Positions 27,509 to 41,032 are shown, counted from the first letter of the stretch. The stretch: DNA of 64,000 nt from an uncultured Actinomycetes bacterium (GCA_963733255.1 CAVTCH010000019.1:303791-367790), one strand, 5' to 3'. Made by a program: numbers and translations. Notes: generated by a model from the letters alone, not told the origin.

Positions 27509-28525
27509 TCAGACGCTCGCCGGCTCAGCGCCGGCGGAACCGTACAGTGTCGGAAAGTGACAGGCGACCATATGGTCGTCTCCGGCGCCGCCCACGACCC
27601 GCAGGGCCGGCATCTCGATGGTGCAGGGGTCGGTCTGCATGCGGGGGCAGCGGGGGTGGAACACGCAGCCCGACGGCGGATTGGCGGGGCTCGGCACGTC
27701 ACCTTCGAGGATCAGCCGGCGGCGCTGGCGTTCGGTGCGCGGGTCGGGGATCGGGACGGCCGACAGCAGGGCTTCGGTGTAGGGATGCTGCGGTTTGATG
27801 TAGAGCAGGGCGCTGTCGGCGATCTCGGCTATCTTGCCGAGGTACATGACCGCCACCCGGTCGGAGATGTGCTTGACCACCGAAAGGTCGTGGGCGATGA
27901 ACAGATAGGTCAGCTTGAGCTCTTTCTGGAGGTCTTCGAGCAGGTTGATCATCTGCGCCTGGATAGAGACGTCGAGGGCGCTGACCGGTTCGTCGCAGAT
28001 GATGAGACGCGGGTTCAGGGCCAGGGCGCGGGCCACGCCGATGCGCTGACGCTGACCGCCCGAGAACTCATGCGGGTAACGCTCGGCGTGCTCTACCGTC
28101 AACCCCACCGTTTCGAGCAGGTCGAAGACCCGCTTCTTGCGCTCGGATTCGGTGCCGATGTCGTGGATGCGCAGGGGCTCGGCGATGATGCTCTTGACCG
28201 TCTTGCGCGGGTTGAGGCAGGCGTACGGGTCCTGGAAGACGATCTGCATGTCGCGGCGCAGGCGCTGCAGCGACGCGCGCGAGGCGGCCATGACGTCGAG
28301 CCCGTCGAACGAGACCGTTCCGCCGGTGGCCGGCAGCAGACGCAACAGCACCCGGCCGGTCGTCGACTTGCCGCAACCGCTCTCGCCCACCAGGCCCAGC
28401 GTCTTGCCCTCGTCGATAGAGAACGACACGCCGTCGACCGCGTAGACGTGGCCGGTGGTGCGCTTGAGCACGCCCGACTTGATCGGGAAGTACTTCTGTA
28501 AGTCTCTGACCTCGAGGATGCTCAC
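27509..28525 (-). CDS. oppF: Oligopeptide ABC transporter ATP-binding protein
   Basis: [36 protein letters not shown]. Confidence 0.93.
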   Translation of the reverse strand: MSILEVRDLQKYFPIKSGVLKRTTGHVYAVDGVSFSIDEGKTLGLVGESGCGKSTTGRVLLRLLPATGGTVSFDGLDVMAASRASLQRLRRDMQIVFQDPYACLNPRKTVKSIIAEPLRIHDIGTESERKKRVFDLLETVGLTVEHAERYPHEFSGGQRQRIGVARALALNPRLIICDEPVSALDVSIQAQMINLLEDLQKELKLTYLFIAHDLSVVKHISDRVAVMYLGKIAEIADSALLYIKPQHPYTEALLSAVPIPDPRTERQRRRLILEGDVPSPANPPSGCVFHPRCPRMQTDPCTIEMPALRVVGGAGDDHMVACHFPTLYGSAGAEPASV

Positions 28526-29550
28526 GACGCCGCCCTCTGGCGAAAGCGCGGCAGTCCGGCGCGGATCTTTTCGCGCTCGGCCAGCGGGATCCAGCAATGG
28601 ACCCCGTGGTCGGGTCCGACGATCTCGACGGCCGGGAACTCGCCGGCGCACACGGGCAGCTCGTACGGACAGCGCCCCGAGAACGGGCAACCGTCGGGCA
28701 GCAGCAGAAGGTTGGGCGGCTGACCCTTGATCGGCGTGAGGCGCTGTTTTTCGGTCTCGTCGAGCCGCGGCAGCGAGCCCAGCAGGCCCCACGTATAGGG
28801 CTGGTGCGGGTTGTAGTAGACCTCGTCGACTGAGCCGAACTCGACCGTGCGCCCGCCGTACATGACCATCACCTTGTCGGCCATCTGGGCGACGACCCCC
28901 AGGTCGTGGGTGATCATGATGACGCCGCTGTGGTAGGCCACCTGCATCTCGCGGATGACGTCCATGATCTGCGCCTGGATCGTCACATCGAGCGCGGTCG
29001 TGGGTTCGTCGGCGATCAGGATGTCGGGGTTGCAGGAGATCGCCATCGCGATCATGCCGCGCTGGCGCATGCCGCCGGAGTACTCGAACGGATACTGGTT
29101 GACGCGCTGCTCGGGGTCGGGGATGCCGACCTTGGCCAGCAGGTCGGTGGCCATCTTCCACGACTCGCGCTTGCCCTTACCCTGGTGGCGCCTGATGACC
29201 TCGGCGATCTGATCGCCCACCTTGAACACCGGGTTGAGGCTCGTCATGGGGTCCTGGAAGATCATCGCGATGTCGTTGCCACGGATGTCGCTCATCTCTT
29301 CTTTGGACACTGCCAGCAGGTCGCGACCCTTGTGTACGATGCTGCCGCCCACGATGCGACCGGGCGGATCGGGGATCAGCCGCATCAGCGACATGGCGGT
29401 GACCGTCTTGCCCGAGCCGGACTCGCCCACGATGCCCAGGGTCTCGTCGCGATCGAGCGAGAAGCTCACGCCGTTGACCGCCTTGACGACGCCGGCGTGC
29501 GTGAAAAAGTGCGTGCTCAGGTCGGTGACTTCGAGAAGCCGCTCAGTCAT
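28522..29550 (-). CDS. oppD: Oligopeptide ABC transporter ATP-binding protein
   Basis: [34 protein letters not shown]. Confidence 0.93.
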   Translation of the reverse strand: MTERLLEVTDLSTHFFTHAGVVKAVNGVSFSLDRDETLGIVGESGSGKTVTAMSLMRLIPDPPGRIVGGSIVHKGRDLLAVSKEEMSDIRGNDIAMIFQDPMTSLNPVFKVGDQIAEVIRRHQGKGKRESWKMATDLLAKVGIPDPEQRVNQYPFEYSGGMRQRGMIAMAISCNPDILIADEPTTALDVTIQAQIMDVIREMQVAYHSGVIMITHDLGVVAQMADKVMVMYGGRTVEFGSVDEVYYNPHQPYTWGLLGSLPRLDETEKQRLTPIKGQPPNLLLLPDGCPFSGRCPYELPVCAGEFPAVEIVGPDHGVHCWIPLAEREKIRAGLPRFRQRAAS

Positions 29551-29552
29551 GC

Positions 29553-30521
29553 CTATTCCTTGAGCTTGGGGTCGGTGGCGTCGCGCAGCCCGTTGCCGAA
29601 CGAGATGAAGCCGAACACCGTGATCACCAGGGCGAGGCAGGGAAACAGCTCCATCCACCACTGGCCCGCCTGCAGGTAGTTCAGATAGTCGGAGATCATG
29701 TTGCCCCAGCTCGCGGTCGGCGGCTGCACGCCGATGCCCAGGAAGCTCAGAGCCGCCTCGGTGACGATCGCGCCGCCGATGCCCATCGCGATCGAGACGT
29801 ACACGGGCGCCATGCTGTTGGGCAGCACGTGGCCGAAGATGATGCGCATGTCGCTGGCGCCGGCGGCCTTGGCCGCCTCGACGTACTCCTGCGTCTTTAC
29901 GCTCAGGACCGTGCCCCGCACGATGCGGGCATACGACGCCCAGCTCAAGAGGCCGATGGCGATGAACACGTTCCTGAACCCGGGTCCGAGGACGACCACG
30001 AGCAGCAGCACGAACAGGATGTAAGGGAAGGCGAAGAAGACGTCGGCCACACGCATGATCACCGAGTCGATCTTGCCCCCGTAATAGCCTGACAGCGGGC
30101 CGAGAGCCAGGCCCAGCGCCAGCGCGATGCTGACGGCGATGACGCCGACCAGCAGCGAGATGCGCGAGGCCACCAGCGTACGCGAGAACACGTCGCGACC
30201 TTCGTAGTCGGTGCCGAACCAGTGCTGCAGCGACGGCGGCTGTTTGGTGATGTGAAAATTGACCGCGTTCGGGTCGTACGGCGCCAGGTAGCCGCCGTGG
30301 ATGCCCGTGACGCCGGCGATGATCTGGGCCACGCCGACGATCAGGAAGACGATGATGATGCCGAGGCCTACGAGCGCCAGCTTGTTGCGCCGCAGGCGTC
30401 GCCAGGTGTCGGCCCACAGACCGAGCGGCTTGGCGCTGACCGGCTGGTTCTCGGAACCGACCGGCATCGGTGAGTCAAGCTGTGGCTCCGCGAAGGAGGC
30501 GGCGGATTCGGTGTCGGTCAT
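29553..30521 (-). CDS. oppC: Oligopeptide ABC transporter permease
   Basis: [27 protein letters not shown]. Confidence 0.93.
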   Translation of the reverse strand: MTDTESAASFAEPQLDSPMPVGSENQPVSAKPLGLWADTWRRLRRNKLALVGLGIIIVFLIVGVAQIIAGVTGIHGGYLAPYDPNAVNFHITKQPPSLQHWFGTDYEGRDVFSRTLVASRISLLVGVIAVSIALALGLALGPLSGYYGGKIDSVIMRVADVFFAFPYILFVLLLVVVLGPGFRNVFIAIGLLSWASYARIVRGTVLSVKTQEYVEAAKAAGASDMRIIFGHVLPNSMAPVYVSIAMGIGGAIVTEAALSFLGIGVQPPTASWGNMISDYLNYLQAGQWWMELFPCLALVITVFGFISFGNGLRDATDPKLKE

Positions 30522-30527
30522 CGCCGC

Positions 30528-31484
30528 CTACTCATAGCGGATGCGCGGATCGACGTAGGCGTAGGCCACGTCGACCACCAGGTTGGCGATGACGTAGACG
30601 AACGTGGCGAACAGCACGCCGCCGACCACGACCGGCAGGTCGCGCGCGGTGATCGCCTGGTAGACCATGAGGCCGACGCCGTAGCGCGAGAACACCGTCT
30701 CGGTGAGAATCGCTCCGCCGAGCAGCGCGCCCAGGTCGATACCGGCGATCGTCATGACCGGGATGAGCGCGTTCTTGAGGCTGTGCTTGAGGATCACCGT
30801 ACGCTCGGGCAGGCCCTTGGCGCGGGCCGTGCGCACGTAGTCGGAGCGGATCACTTCGAGCATGGAGGCGCGCTGCATGTACGAGATGTAGGCAACCTCG
30901 ATGATGCCGAGGGTGACGGCCGGCAGGATGAGGTGGGAGAGGTTGTTCCAGTCGGCGGGGATGATCTTGAGGAACGTGCTGCCACCCGTTCCGTAGAACG
31001 GCAGGATGCCCAGGTAGACCCCGAAGAAGTACTGCATGAAGACCGCCAGCACGAAGACGGGGATGCCCCAGATGATCAGCGCCGTCGTGGTCAGCGCGCT
31101 GTCCCAGACCGTGTACTGCCGCAAGGCGGAGTACACCCCCAGGGGGATGCCCAGCAATTCGATGAGCACCGCCGCGATGGCGAGCTGGGCGGTGTTGGGG
31201 ATGGCGCTCTGCAGCATCTGGCGAACCGGCCGCTCGAACTGGTACGACTCGCCGAAGTTGCCGTGCGCGAGACGATCGACGAAGCGCGCGTACTGCACGT
31301 AGATGGGCTTGTTCAGGCCGAGCTCGACCCGGATCTCGGCGACGCGCTGCGGCGTCGCGTTCTTGCCGGCCAGCAGGTAGGCGGGGTCGCCCGGGATCAG
31401 GAACATGATGAGGAACGTGATGATGCTCACGCCGATCAGCACGAACACGAGTTGCACAAGGCGTCTGACGATGTAGCCGAACAC
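30528..31484 (-). CDS. oppB: Oligopeptide ABC transporter permease
   Basis: PGDPA, LGLNKP, DYVRTARAKG, DPRIR. Confidence 0.93.
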   Translation of the reverse strand: MFGYIVRRLVQLVFVLIGVSIITFLIMFLIPGDPAYLLAGKNATPQRVAEIRVELGLNKPIYVQYARFVDRLAHGNFGESYQFERPVRQMLQSAIPNTAQLAIAAVLIELLGIPLGVYSALRQYTVWDSALTTTALIIWGIPVFVLAVFMQYFFGVYLGILPFYGTGGSTFLKIIPADWNNLSHLILPAVTLGIIEVAYISYMQRASMLEVIRSDYVRTARAKGLPERTVILKHSLKNALIPVMTIAGIDLGALLGGAILTETVFSRYGVGLMVYQAITARDLPVVVGGVLFATFVYVIANLVVDVAYAYVDPRIRYE

Positions 31485-31570
31485 GTCTGTCGGTCTCTTT
31501 CCTGTCGGTCGGTCCGGAGCGCCCGGTCCGCGCCGGCACGCGACCGGCGACGAACGCGGGATTCTTGGGC

Positions 31571-31611
31571 GGGGCGGCGCGCCGGCGCATGTTGCGCCGG
31601 CGCGCCGCCCC
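31571..31611. terminator. Strong intergenic hairpin between oppA and oppB
   Basis: GGGGCGGCGCGCCGGCGCA-TGT-TGCGCCGGCGCGCCGCCCC (19-bp stem). Confidence 0.7.
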
Positions 31612-31667
31612 CTTCAGCCTGCGGTCAGCTTACCGCAAACAGCCTGGACCCGGTGAAGGTCACAGGG

Positions 31668-33338
31668 TCACTTGGCGACCCACACCAGGTTCATGTCCTC
31701 GCTGCCCATCGGGTCGTGCTGCTGCCCGAGGACGCGCGTGTTCATGATGCGATAGTCCCGATAGAAGTACAACGGGATGACCGGCGCGTCGGCCAGGATC
31801 AGCTTTTCGGCCTGCGCATAGAGCTGCAGCCGCTGCGTCTGGTCGACGGTGCCGCGCGCGGTGGCGAGCAGCTTGTCGACGGTCGGGTTGGAGTAGAACG
31901 TGAAGGTGTTCGCACCCGAGACGCTGCTCTGGAAGAGCGGGTACAGGAAGTCGTCCATCGACGGATAGTCGGCCAGCCAGCCCAGACGGTAGAGCTGGTC
32001 CTGCGTACCCTGCGAGCACTTGGTGAGGTAGGTGCCCCACTCGTAGCCCGTCATGGTCGCGTTGATGCCGACGGCCTTCCAGCCGGCCTGCACCGGACCG
32101 AGGATCTTGTCGTGATCGGCGCCGGTGTTGTACCAGAGCTTGAGGGTCGGGATGGTGCCCAGGCCCGCCACGATCTGCTTGGCCTTGGCGGGGTCGTACG
32201 GATACGGCAGGCTGGAGAGGTTCCAACCCGGGATGCCGACCGGCACGACGCCGTTGGGCACGAGCGGCACGCCCTCCATGACCTGGATGGAGCCGGCGCG
32301 ATCGGTCGCATACGACAGGGCCTGGCGCAGCGGCAGGTTCTTGGCGCCGCCGAGGACCGGGTCCTTCTGGTTGATGCCGATGAAGTAGATGCCGAGGTTT
32401 GGCCACTTCTTGGCGATCCAGCCCTTCTGGGCGGCCATCGTCGAAGATGACTGGACCTGCCCGACCGGAACGGTCGTGAAGTCGATGTTGCCGGCCTGGA
32501 AGGCGAGCCATTCAGTGGAGGGGTCGGTGAACTCGGGCATGTGGATGGTATCGACGAACGGACCGTTGGTCGCGCTCGCGTTCCACCAGCTCGGGTTCTT
32601 GGTCAGGTCGACCTCCTGGTTGTGGACCCACTTCGAGAGGAGATACGGGCCCGTGCCGATCGGCTTCTGCTCGAAGGTCTTGAGGCCTTCCTTCATGGCG
32701 TAGGCGACGGGCCACACCGAGAGGATCGGATGGCCGAGGCTCGCCGGGAACTCGGCGAACGGGTACTTCAGGGTGACCTGGAGCGTCCACTTGTCGAGCG
32801 CCTTGACGCCCGTGAGGCCGTTCTTGGCCGCGCCGGTCTCGTCTGTGCCGACGATGGGCTCGAGGATGTACGCCGGCGTGCCGGTGACCCAGTTCTTCGG
32901 GTTGGCGACGGCGTTCCAGCTCGCGACGAAGTCCTGTGCCGTCACTTCGGTGTTCACCGGGGGCTGGAACATGACGCCCTGCCGGATATGGAACGTGAAG
33001 ACCTTGGCGTCGGAGCTCACGGTGTAACCGGTGCAGAGGTTCGGCACCGTGTTCATCGTGACGCCGTCCTTGGCGACCTGGTACTTGAACAGACCTTCGA
33101 AGATCTGGCGCACCACGTTGTAGCCGATGCTCTCCTGATAGGTGTTGGGAGCGATGCCCACCGGCTCGCCGTCGAGCGGATAGTTGTACGTGCCGCCGGG
33201 CGTCGGTGTGGCGTTGGTCGTCGGAGTGCTGCTGCCCGAGTTGCTACTGCTGCCGCAGGCAGACAGGACGAGGGCGAGCGCCACCAGCAACACTGCTGCG
33301 AATAGCGCCCCCCGTGACCTCATCCTGAGGTTCTTCAA
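31668..33338 (-). CDS. oppA: Oligopeptide ABC transporter substrate-binding lipoprotein
   Basis: Lipobox LSAC, family-5 SBP motifs (IFEGL, PIGTGPY, GWLADYP); TTG start with AAGGAGG. Confidence 0.92.
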   Translation of the reverse strand: MKNLRMRSRGALFAAVLLVALALVLSACGSSSNSGSSTPTTNATPTPGGTYNYPLDGEPVGIAPNTYQESIGYNVVRQIFEGLFKYQVAKDGVTMNTVPNLCTGYTVSSDAKVFTFHIRQGVMFQPPVNTEVTAQDFVASWNAVANPKNWVTGTPAYILEPIVGTDETGAAKNGLTGVKALDKWTLQVTLKYPFAEFPASLGHPILSVWPVAYAMKEGLKTFEQKPIGTGPYLLSKWVHNQEVDLTKNPSWWNASATNGPFVDTIHMPEFTDPSTEWLAFQAGNIDFTTVPVGQVQSSSTMAAQKGWIAKKWPNLGIYFIGINQKDPVLGGAKNLPLRQALSYATDRAGSIQVMEGVPLVPNGVVPVGIPGWNLSSLPYPYDPAKAKQIVAGLGTIPTLKLWYNTGADHDKILGPVQAGWKAVGINATMTGYEWGTYLTKCSQGTQDQLYRLGWLADYPSMDDFLYPLFQSSVSGANTFTFYSNPTVDKLLATARGTVDQTQRLQLYAQAEKLILADAPVIPLYFYRDYRIMNTRVLGQQHDPMGSEDMNLVWVAK

Positions 33339-33559
33339 GGTGACCTCCTTTGATCACACGGAAAACGGACGGATCTGGTGCGGGCTCCCTGACGCTCACC
33401 GGCTGCGACTACGCAAGCGGCCGGCTCACTCCCGCACGTTCGGCGATAGACACGACCCCCTTTCGTGGTCGAACACCGTGCCGATGTGTTCTTCGTGACA
33501 CCTTACCACGGTCCTGCCGGGCCGCCCAGCGGGCCCAAAACCCCCCCGCGTGCGGCAGT

Positions 33560-33781
33560 TTACTGAAGACGCCAGACCAGGACGAACGTGTTGATGAAGA
33601 GCACCACCGCCGTGGCGATCGTGTAGCGCGTCAGATTGCGCTCCATGACGCTCGCCTGGGCCGCGAACGAGAAACCGGTGGTGCTGCTCATGCCGGCATC
33701 CTTGCCGGAGTGGAGCAGCACCAGGATGACGAGCAACACGCAGACGCAGAGTTGTAGGGCGATGAGAAACGCGTTCAGCAC
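33560..33781 (-). CDS. secG: Preprotein translocase subunit SecG
   Basis: LVLLHSGKDAG...MERNLTRYT; two TM helices; 73 aa. Confidence 0.9.
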   Translation of the reverse strand: MLNAFLIALQLCVCVLLVILVLLHSGKDAGMSSTTGFSFAAQASVMERNLTRYTIATAVVLFINTFVLVWRLQ

Positions 33782-33833
33782 GAGAGGGACTCCTTAGTTT
33801 GCCGTAACCGTGCGACGTGACGGTACACGCTCA

Positions 33834-33862
33834 ACCATAATAATCCATAGTCGGTTATGCAA
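33834..33862 (-). promoter_or_regulatory. Housekeeping promoter of secG
   Basis: TTGCAT-N17-TATGGT. Confidence 0.5.
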
Positions 33863-33949
33863 CAGGGGGGCGCGCCCGCGTGAGACCGCGGCGCGCCGGG
33901 GCGCCGCGGCGCGGCCGACGCCGGGCGGCCGGCCGGTGAACGGCCGGGC

Positions 33950-35557
33950 TCACGAGCGTTCGCCGCGCAACAGATCGCGACCGGTCATGTCGGCCGGTGT
34001 CGGCACGCCGAGCAGGTCGAGGACGGTCGGCGCGATGTCGGCCAGGATGCCGTCGTCGCGCACGACGGCGCCGTCGAGCGTGGCCACGAAGGGCACCGGG
34101 TTGGTGCTGTGGGCCGTGTTGGGGCCGCCGTCGGGATCGATCATGTGATCGGAGTTGCCGTGGTCGGCTGTGATCAGGCAGACGCCGCCGCGGGCCCGCA
34201 CGTGCTCGACCACCCTGCCCACGCACGTGTCGACGGCCTCGACGGCGGCCATCGCCGCCGCCAGCACCCCCGAATGGCCCACCATGTCGGCGTTGGCGTA
34301 GTTCACCACCACGAAGTCGAATGCGTCCGAGTCGATGCGGCGGACGAGCTCGTCGGTGAGCTCGTAGGCGCTCATCTGGGGCTTCTCGTCGTAAGTGGCG
34401 ACGTCGCGCGGACTGGGGATCAGGACGCGGGTCTCCCCCGCCACCTCGCGCTCGACCCCGCCGTTGAAGAAGAAGGTCACATGGGCGTACTTCTCGGTCT
34501 CGGCGATGTGGAGCTGCCGCAGGCCGCGCTCGGACAGGGTCGTGGCCAGCACGTGCTCGACCCGCTGTGGCGCGAAGGCGACCGGCACGGGGAACTCCAG
34601 GCTGTACCGGGTCATCGTGAAGAAGGCCACCCGGGGCGCGTGTGGCCCCCGGTCGAACTCGGCAAACGACTCCTCGAAGAAGGCGCGGCTCAGCTCGCGA
34701 GCGCGGTCGGGGCGGAAGTTGAAGAAGAGGCAGACGTCGCCGTCGCGCACGCGATTGTCCATGGGCTCGCCTACCACGGTGGGCCGCACGAACTCGTCGG
34801 TCTCGCCACGCGCGTAGGCGTTGGTCACGGCCGACTGCGCATCGGACGCGCGCTCGCCGCGACCGTAGACGAGCGCGTCGTAGGCGAGCTTGACCCGGTC
34901 CCAGCGCGTGTCGCGGTCCATCGCGTAGTAGCGCCCCACGATGGTGCCGAAGCGCCCCACGCCCACGTCGTGCATATGCTGCTCTATCTCGGCCAGGTAC
35001 CCGGCCGAGCTGTGCGGCGGCGTGTCGCGCCCGTCGAGGAAGGCGTGCACGACGAGGTCGGACAGCCCTTCGCGGCGCGCCATCTCGATGCACGCCTCGA
35101 GATGGCCCATGTCGGCGTGCACACCGCCGTCGGAGACCAGCCCGAGCAGATGAAAGGTCGCGCCGCGCTCGCGAGCCGTGCGGAAGGCTTCTTTGAGCAC
35201 CGGATTGGCGAAGAAGTCGCCGTCGGCGATGGCTTTGGTGATGCGCGTCAGGTCCTGGTAGACGACGCGGCCGGCGCCGATGTTCAGGTGGCCGACCTCG
35301 GAGTTGCCCATCTGGCCCGCGGGCAGCCCGACCGCGCCGCCCGAGGCCCCCAGCGTGCCGTGCGGGCAGGTCGCCCACAGCCGGTCGAACACGGGCGTGT
35401 CGGCGAGCTCGACCGCGTTGCCCGGCCCGGGCTGGGCGTAGCCCCAGCCGTCGAGGATCATGAGCACGACGGGACGGTACGTGCGACCCGTCGGAGAGAG
35501 GGCGGCGTCCGGCACGGACGCCGCCCTCTCCGCGCCGTGCCCGGCCGGCTCGTTCAC
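33950..35557 (-). CDS. gpmI: 2,3-bisphosphoglycerate-independent phosphoglycerate mutase
   Basis: ILDGWG, GNSEVGH, SDGGVH, GRYYAMDRD, AETEKYAHVT, DMVGH, TADHGN. Confidence 0.97.
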   Translation of the reverse strand: MNEPAGHGAERAASVPDAALSPTGRTYRPVVLMILDGWGYAQPGPGNAVELADTPVFDRLWATCPHGTLGASGGAVGLPAGQMGNSEVGHLNIGAGRVVYQDLTRITKAIADGDFFANPVLKEAFRTARERGATFHLLGLVSDGGVHADMGHLEACIEMARREGLSDLVVHAFLDGRDTPPHSSAGYLAEIEQHMHDVGVGRFGTIVGRYYAMDRDTRWDRVKLAYDALVYGRGERASDAQSAVTNAYARGETDEFVRPTVVGEPMDNRVRDGDVCLFFNFRPDRARELSRAFFEESFAEFDRGPHAPRVAFFTMTRYSLEFPVPVAFAPQRVEHVLATTLSERGLRQLHIAETEKYAHVTFFFNGGVEREVAGETRVLIPSPRDVATYDEKPQMSAYELTDELVRRIDSDAFDFVVVNYANADMVGHSGVLAAAMAAVEAVDTCVGRVVEHVRARGGVCLITADHGNSDHMIDPDGGPNTAHSTNPVPFVATLDGAVVRDDGILADIAPTVLDLLGVPTPADMTGRDLLRGERS

Positions 35558-36321
35558 GCGGGCGTCACGAAGTTCACGATGCGGGCGAACTCAGCCGGCT
35601 CGAGGCTGGCCCCACCGACCAGCACGCCGTCGATGTCGGGCTGCGCCATGAGCTCGTCGATGTTGGCCGCCTTGACGCTGCCGCCGTAGAGGATGCGCAC
35701 CTGGTCGGCTGCGGCGCCGAGGTTCGCCCGCACCCGCGAGCGCACGTAGGCCACGGTCTCCTGAGCCGTCTCGGGAGTGGCCGTCTTGCCCGTGCCGATC
35801 GCCCAGATCGGCTCGTAGGCGATGGCCAGCGACGTGAGCTCCTCGGCCGTGACGACGGCCAGGTCCTCGTCGATCTGGCGGCCGATCTTCTCTTCGGTGC
35901 GGCCGGCGACGCGCTCGTCGTCGGTCTCGCCGCAGCAAAGCACCGGCAACAGCCCGTGGTCGAGCGCCACACGCACCTTCCGGGCGAGGGCCGTGTCGGT
36001 CTCGGCGAAGTACTGCCGGCGCTCCGAGTGGCCGAGCACGACGGCGGCGACGCCGGCCTCGCTCAGCATCGCGGCCGAGATCTCGCCCGTGTAGGCGCCC
36101 TCAGCGGCGTAGTGCATGGTCTGGGCGCCCACCATGACGCTCGTGCCGCCGGTCTCCGCAGCGAGCGCCGCGAGGTCGGTGAACGGAGCGCACAGCAGGA
36201 TGTCGCGGTCGTCGACGCCGCTCACGAGCGGCGCGAAGGCGCGAGCGTAGGCGACGGCCTCGGCCTGCGTCTTGTACATCTTCCAGTTTCCGGCCATGAG
36301 CGGCCTGCGCGCGAAGGTCAT
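35554..36321 (-). CDS. tpiA: Triose-phosphate isomerase
   Basis: AGNWKM, GHSERR, AYEPIWAIGTG, YGGSV, LVGGAS. Confidence 0.97.
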   Translation of the reverse strand: MTFARRPLMAGNWKMYKTQAEAVAYARAFAPLVSGVDDRDILLCAPFTDLAALAAETGGTSVMVGAQTMHYAAEGAYTGEISAAMLSEAGVAAVVLGHSERRQYFAETDTALARKVRVALDHGLLPVLCCGETDDERVAGRTEEKIGRQIDEDLAVVTAEELTSLAIAYEPIWAIGTGKTATPETAQETVAYVRSRVRANLGAAADQVRILYGGSVKAANIDELMAQPDIDGVLVGGASLEPAEFARIVNFVTPA

Positions 36322-36397
36322 CGTCTCGGTCTCCTCATCGTCTTGGTCTTCCTCGGGCGCCCTCCGGGCGCTCGTCGGCGGCGTGGACTGGATCTCG

Positions 36398-37579
36398 TCA
36401 GGCGTCGAGCAGCGCCTCGACGCCCGGCAGCTCGCGGCCCTCGAGGAACTCCATCGAGGCGCCGCCGCCGGTCGAGACATGGGTGATGCGGTCCTCGAGC
36501 CCGAAGGCCCGCACGGCGCTCACTGTGTCGCCGCCGCCGACCACGCTGACGCCGGGGCAGCGTGCCACGGCCTCGCCCACCGTGCGCGTGCCGGCGGCGA
36601 ACTCGGCCACCTCGAACAGGCCCATGGGACCGTTCCAGAAGATCGTGCCGGCCGCGCCCAGGCGCTCGGCAAAAGCCGCGGCAGTGGCCGGCCCGATGTC
36701 GAGGCCCATCTCCGCAACCGGGATGTCGTTCGCCGCGACCACCCGGCGGGCGACCGTCGCGGTGGGTTCGGCGGCCACCACGATGTCGGTCGGCAGCACG
36801 AAGTCGCACGACGACGACGCGGCCGCCACGAGCAGTCGGGAGGCGACGTCGGAGAGGCCTTCCTCGACCCTGGAGCGGCCGACTTCGAGGCCCCCGGCCG
36901 CAAGCAACGGAAAGCACATCGCGCCGCCGACGAGGATGGCGTCGGCGACGGTGAGCATCTTCTCGATGACGCCGATCTTGTCGGACACCTTGGCGCCGCC
37001 GAGCAGCACGACGAACGGTCGCGCCGGGTCGGTCAGCAGGCGGCCGAGCACCTCGAGCTCCCGGGCCATGAGCAGCCCGGCCACGCCCGGAAGGACGCGC
37101 GGCACGCCGACCGTCGAGGCGTGCGCCCGGTGAGCCGTGCCGAAGGCGTCGTTCACGTACACTTCGGCGAGCCCTGCGAGCTGCGCCGCGAAAGCGGCGT
37201 CGTTCTCGGTCTCCTCGGCGTGAAAACGCAGGTTCTCGAGCAGCAGCACCCCGCCGGGAGCGAGCGCCCGAGACGCCCCGACGACGTCGGGACCGACGCA
37301 GTCGTCGACCTTCTCGACCGGCCGTCCGAGCAGCTCGGACAGCCGGGCGGCGATCGGGTCGAGACGCAGTCCGGGAACGACCTGCCCCTTGGGCCGGCCC
37401 AGGTGAGAGGCCAGCACCACCGCGCAGCCGTGGTCGAGAAGGTACTCGATCGTGGGCAGCGCGGCGCGGATGCGGGTGTCGTCGACCACCGCCCCGTCGT
37501 TCAACGGGACGTTGAAGTCGACGCGCACGAAGACGCGGCGCCCGTCGACCGGGTAGTCGGTCAGAGCTCGTTTGGCCAT
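36398..37579 (-). CDS. pgk: Phosphoglycerate kinase
   Basis: RVDFNVP, SHLGRP, NDAFGTAHRAH, GGAKVSDK, STGGGA. Confidence 0.97.
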   Translation of the reverse strand: MAKRALTDYPVDGRRVFVRVDFNVPLNDGAVVDDTRIRAALPTIEYLLDHGCAVVLASHLGRPKGQVVPGLRLDPIAARLSELLGRPVEKVDDCVGPDVVGASRALAPGGVLLLENLRFHAEETENDAAFAAQLAGLAEVYVNDAFGTAHRAHASTVGVPRVLPGVAGLLMARELEVLGRLLTDPARPFVVLLGGAKVSDKIGVIEKMLTVADAILVGGAMCFPLLAAGGLEVGRSRVEEGLSDVASRLLVAAASSSCDFVLPTDIVVAAEPTATVARRVVAANDIPVAEMGLDIGPATAAAFAERLGAAGTIFWNGPMGLFEVAEFAAGTRTVGEAVARCPGVSVVGGGDTVSAVRAFGLEDRITHVSTGGGASMEFLEGRELPGVEALLDA

Positions 37580-37609
37580 GGGGCCCTCCTCAGGCGTCGG
37601 CGGGCCGGT

Positions 37610-39744
<2,135 letters not shown>

Positions 39745-39748
39745 CGCG

Positions 39749-41020
39749 TCACCGCGTCAGGCCCAGCACGACGGCGGCGAGGCGTTCCGAGTCGTGCCGG
39801 AAGAAGTCGCCCTCGTGCGCGAGGCCGGCGTGGACGACCCGCACTCCCTGGGCCTCGAGCGCTCGATCGTCTACCTCCACCGGCGCCGCCCCGCCCGCGT
39901 GGTAGACCGCGGCGAGCTCCGCCGAGATCGGGGTGTCGTTGACCAGCACGTCGTCGATCAGGCCGGCGGCGCCGTGCCGGGCGAGGGCGCTCACATGGTC
40001 CGCGGCGCTGTAGCCGTCGGTCTCGCCGGGCTGGGTCATGACGTTGCAGACGTAGATCACACGGGCTCTCGTGCGCTTGAGGGCGTCGCGCACCTCGGGG
40101 ATCAGCAGGTTCGGCACGATGCTCGTGTACACGCTGCCCGGGCCCAGGACGACGAGGTCGGCGCCGGCGATCGCTTCGAGGGCCGCCGGCAGGGCCCGGG
40201 GCCGGCCGGGGTCGAGCCAGACGCGCAGCGGCAGGCGTGCGCTCAAGGTGATCGACGACTCGCCGTCGACCCGCTCCCCTCCCTGAAGCTCGGCGCGCAG
40301 CGTGACGCTTTCGAGCGTGGCGGGCAGGACCCGGCCGCGCACGTTGAGCACGCTGGTCGACTCCTTCACCGCCCGCTCGAAGTCGCCCGTCACGGCGGCG
40401 AGGGCGGCCACGAACAGGTTCCCGAAGCTGTGCCCCTGCAGCCCGCCCTCCTGCGGGAACCGGTACTTGAACAGCCGGCTCATGAGCGATTCGTCGTCGG
40501 CCAGGGCGACGAGGCAGCTGCGTATGTCGCCCGGCGGCAGCACGCCCAGGCCGCGGCGCAGCAGGCCCGAGCTGCCGCCGTCGTCGGCGACCGTCACGAC
40601 GGCCGTGAGGTTGCTGCTGTGCTCCTTCAGCCCAGAGAGCAGCACCGACTGGCCGGTGCCGCCGCCGATCGCCACGATGCGCGGGCCGCGGGCCAGGCGG
40701 ACGTCGCTGCGCCTGGCCGTCACGCCCGGTCCGCCGGCGGCCCGGGCGAACCGGTAGAGGCTGCGCGAGCCGAGCAGGAGCACGACCAGGCCGGCCGTAA
40801 GACAGACCGCCACGAGCAGCAGGGCCGCCGACACGTGACCGGTGATCCAGGTGCCGCCCACGTCGTGGCGCCGGCCGCTCGAGACCAGCACGCCCAGCGC
40901 GAACCACCCCGCGATGCCGACCAGCACCCCGCCGGCGCACACGGCCAGCACGCGACGTTTCATGCCGAGACCCGGATAGAGCCACTGCAGGCGGGTCAGG
41001 CGGGAATGTCGGGGAGCCAC
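39749..41020 (-). CDS. yvcK: YvcK/GlmR family protein with N-terminal TM segments
   Basis: IGGGTG, VTVADDGGSSG, PPGDIR, GHSFGNL, GPGSVYTS, NVMTQPGET. Confidence 0.93.
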   Translation of the reverse strand: MAPRHSRLTRLQWLYPGLGMKRRVLAVCAGGVLVGIAGWFALGVLVSSGRRHDVGGTWITGHVSAALLLVAVCLTAGLVVLLLGSRSLYRFARAAGGPGVTARRSDVRLARGPRIVAIGGGTGQSVLLSGLKEHSSNLTAVVTVADDGGSSGLLRRGLGVLPPGDIRSCLVALADDESLMSRLFKYRFPQEGGLQGHSFGNLFVAALAAVTGDFERAVKESTSVLNVRGRVLPATLESVTLRAELQGGERVDGESSITLSARLPLRVWLDPGRPRALPAALEAIAGADLVVLGPGSVYTSIVPNLLIPEVRDALKRTRARVIYVCNVMTQPGETDGYSAADHVSALARHGAAGLIDDVLVNDTPISAELAAVYHAGGAAPVEVDDRALEAQGVRVVHAGLAHEGDFFRHDSERLAAVVLGLTR

Positions 41021-41032
41021 GGCCGGGCCGGG

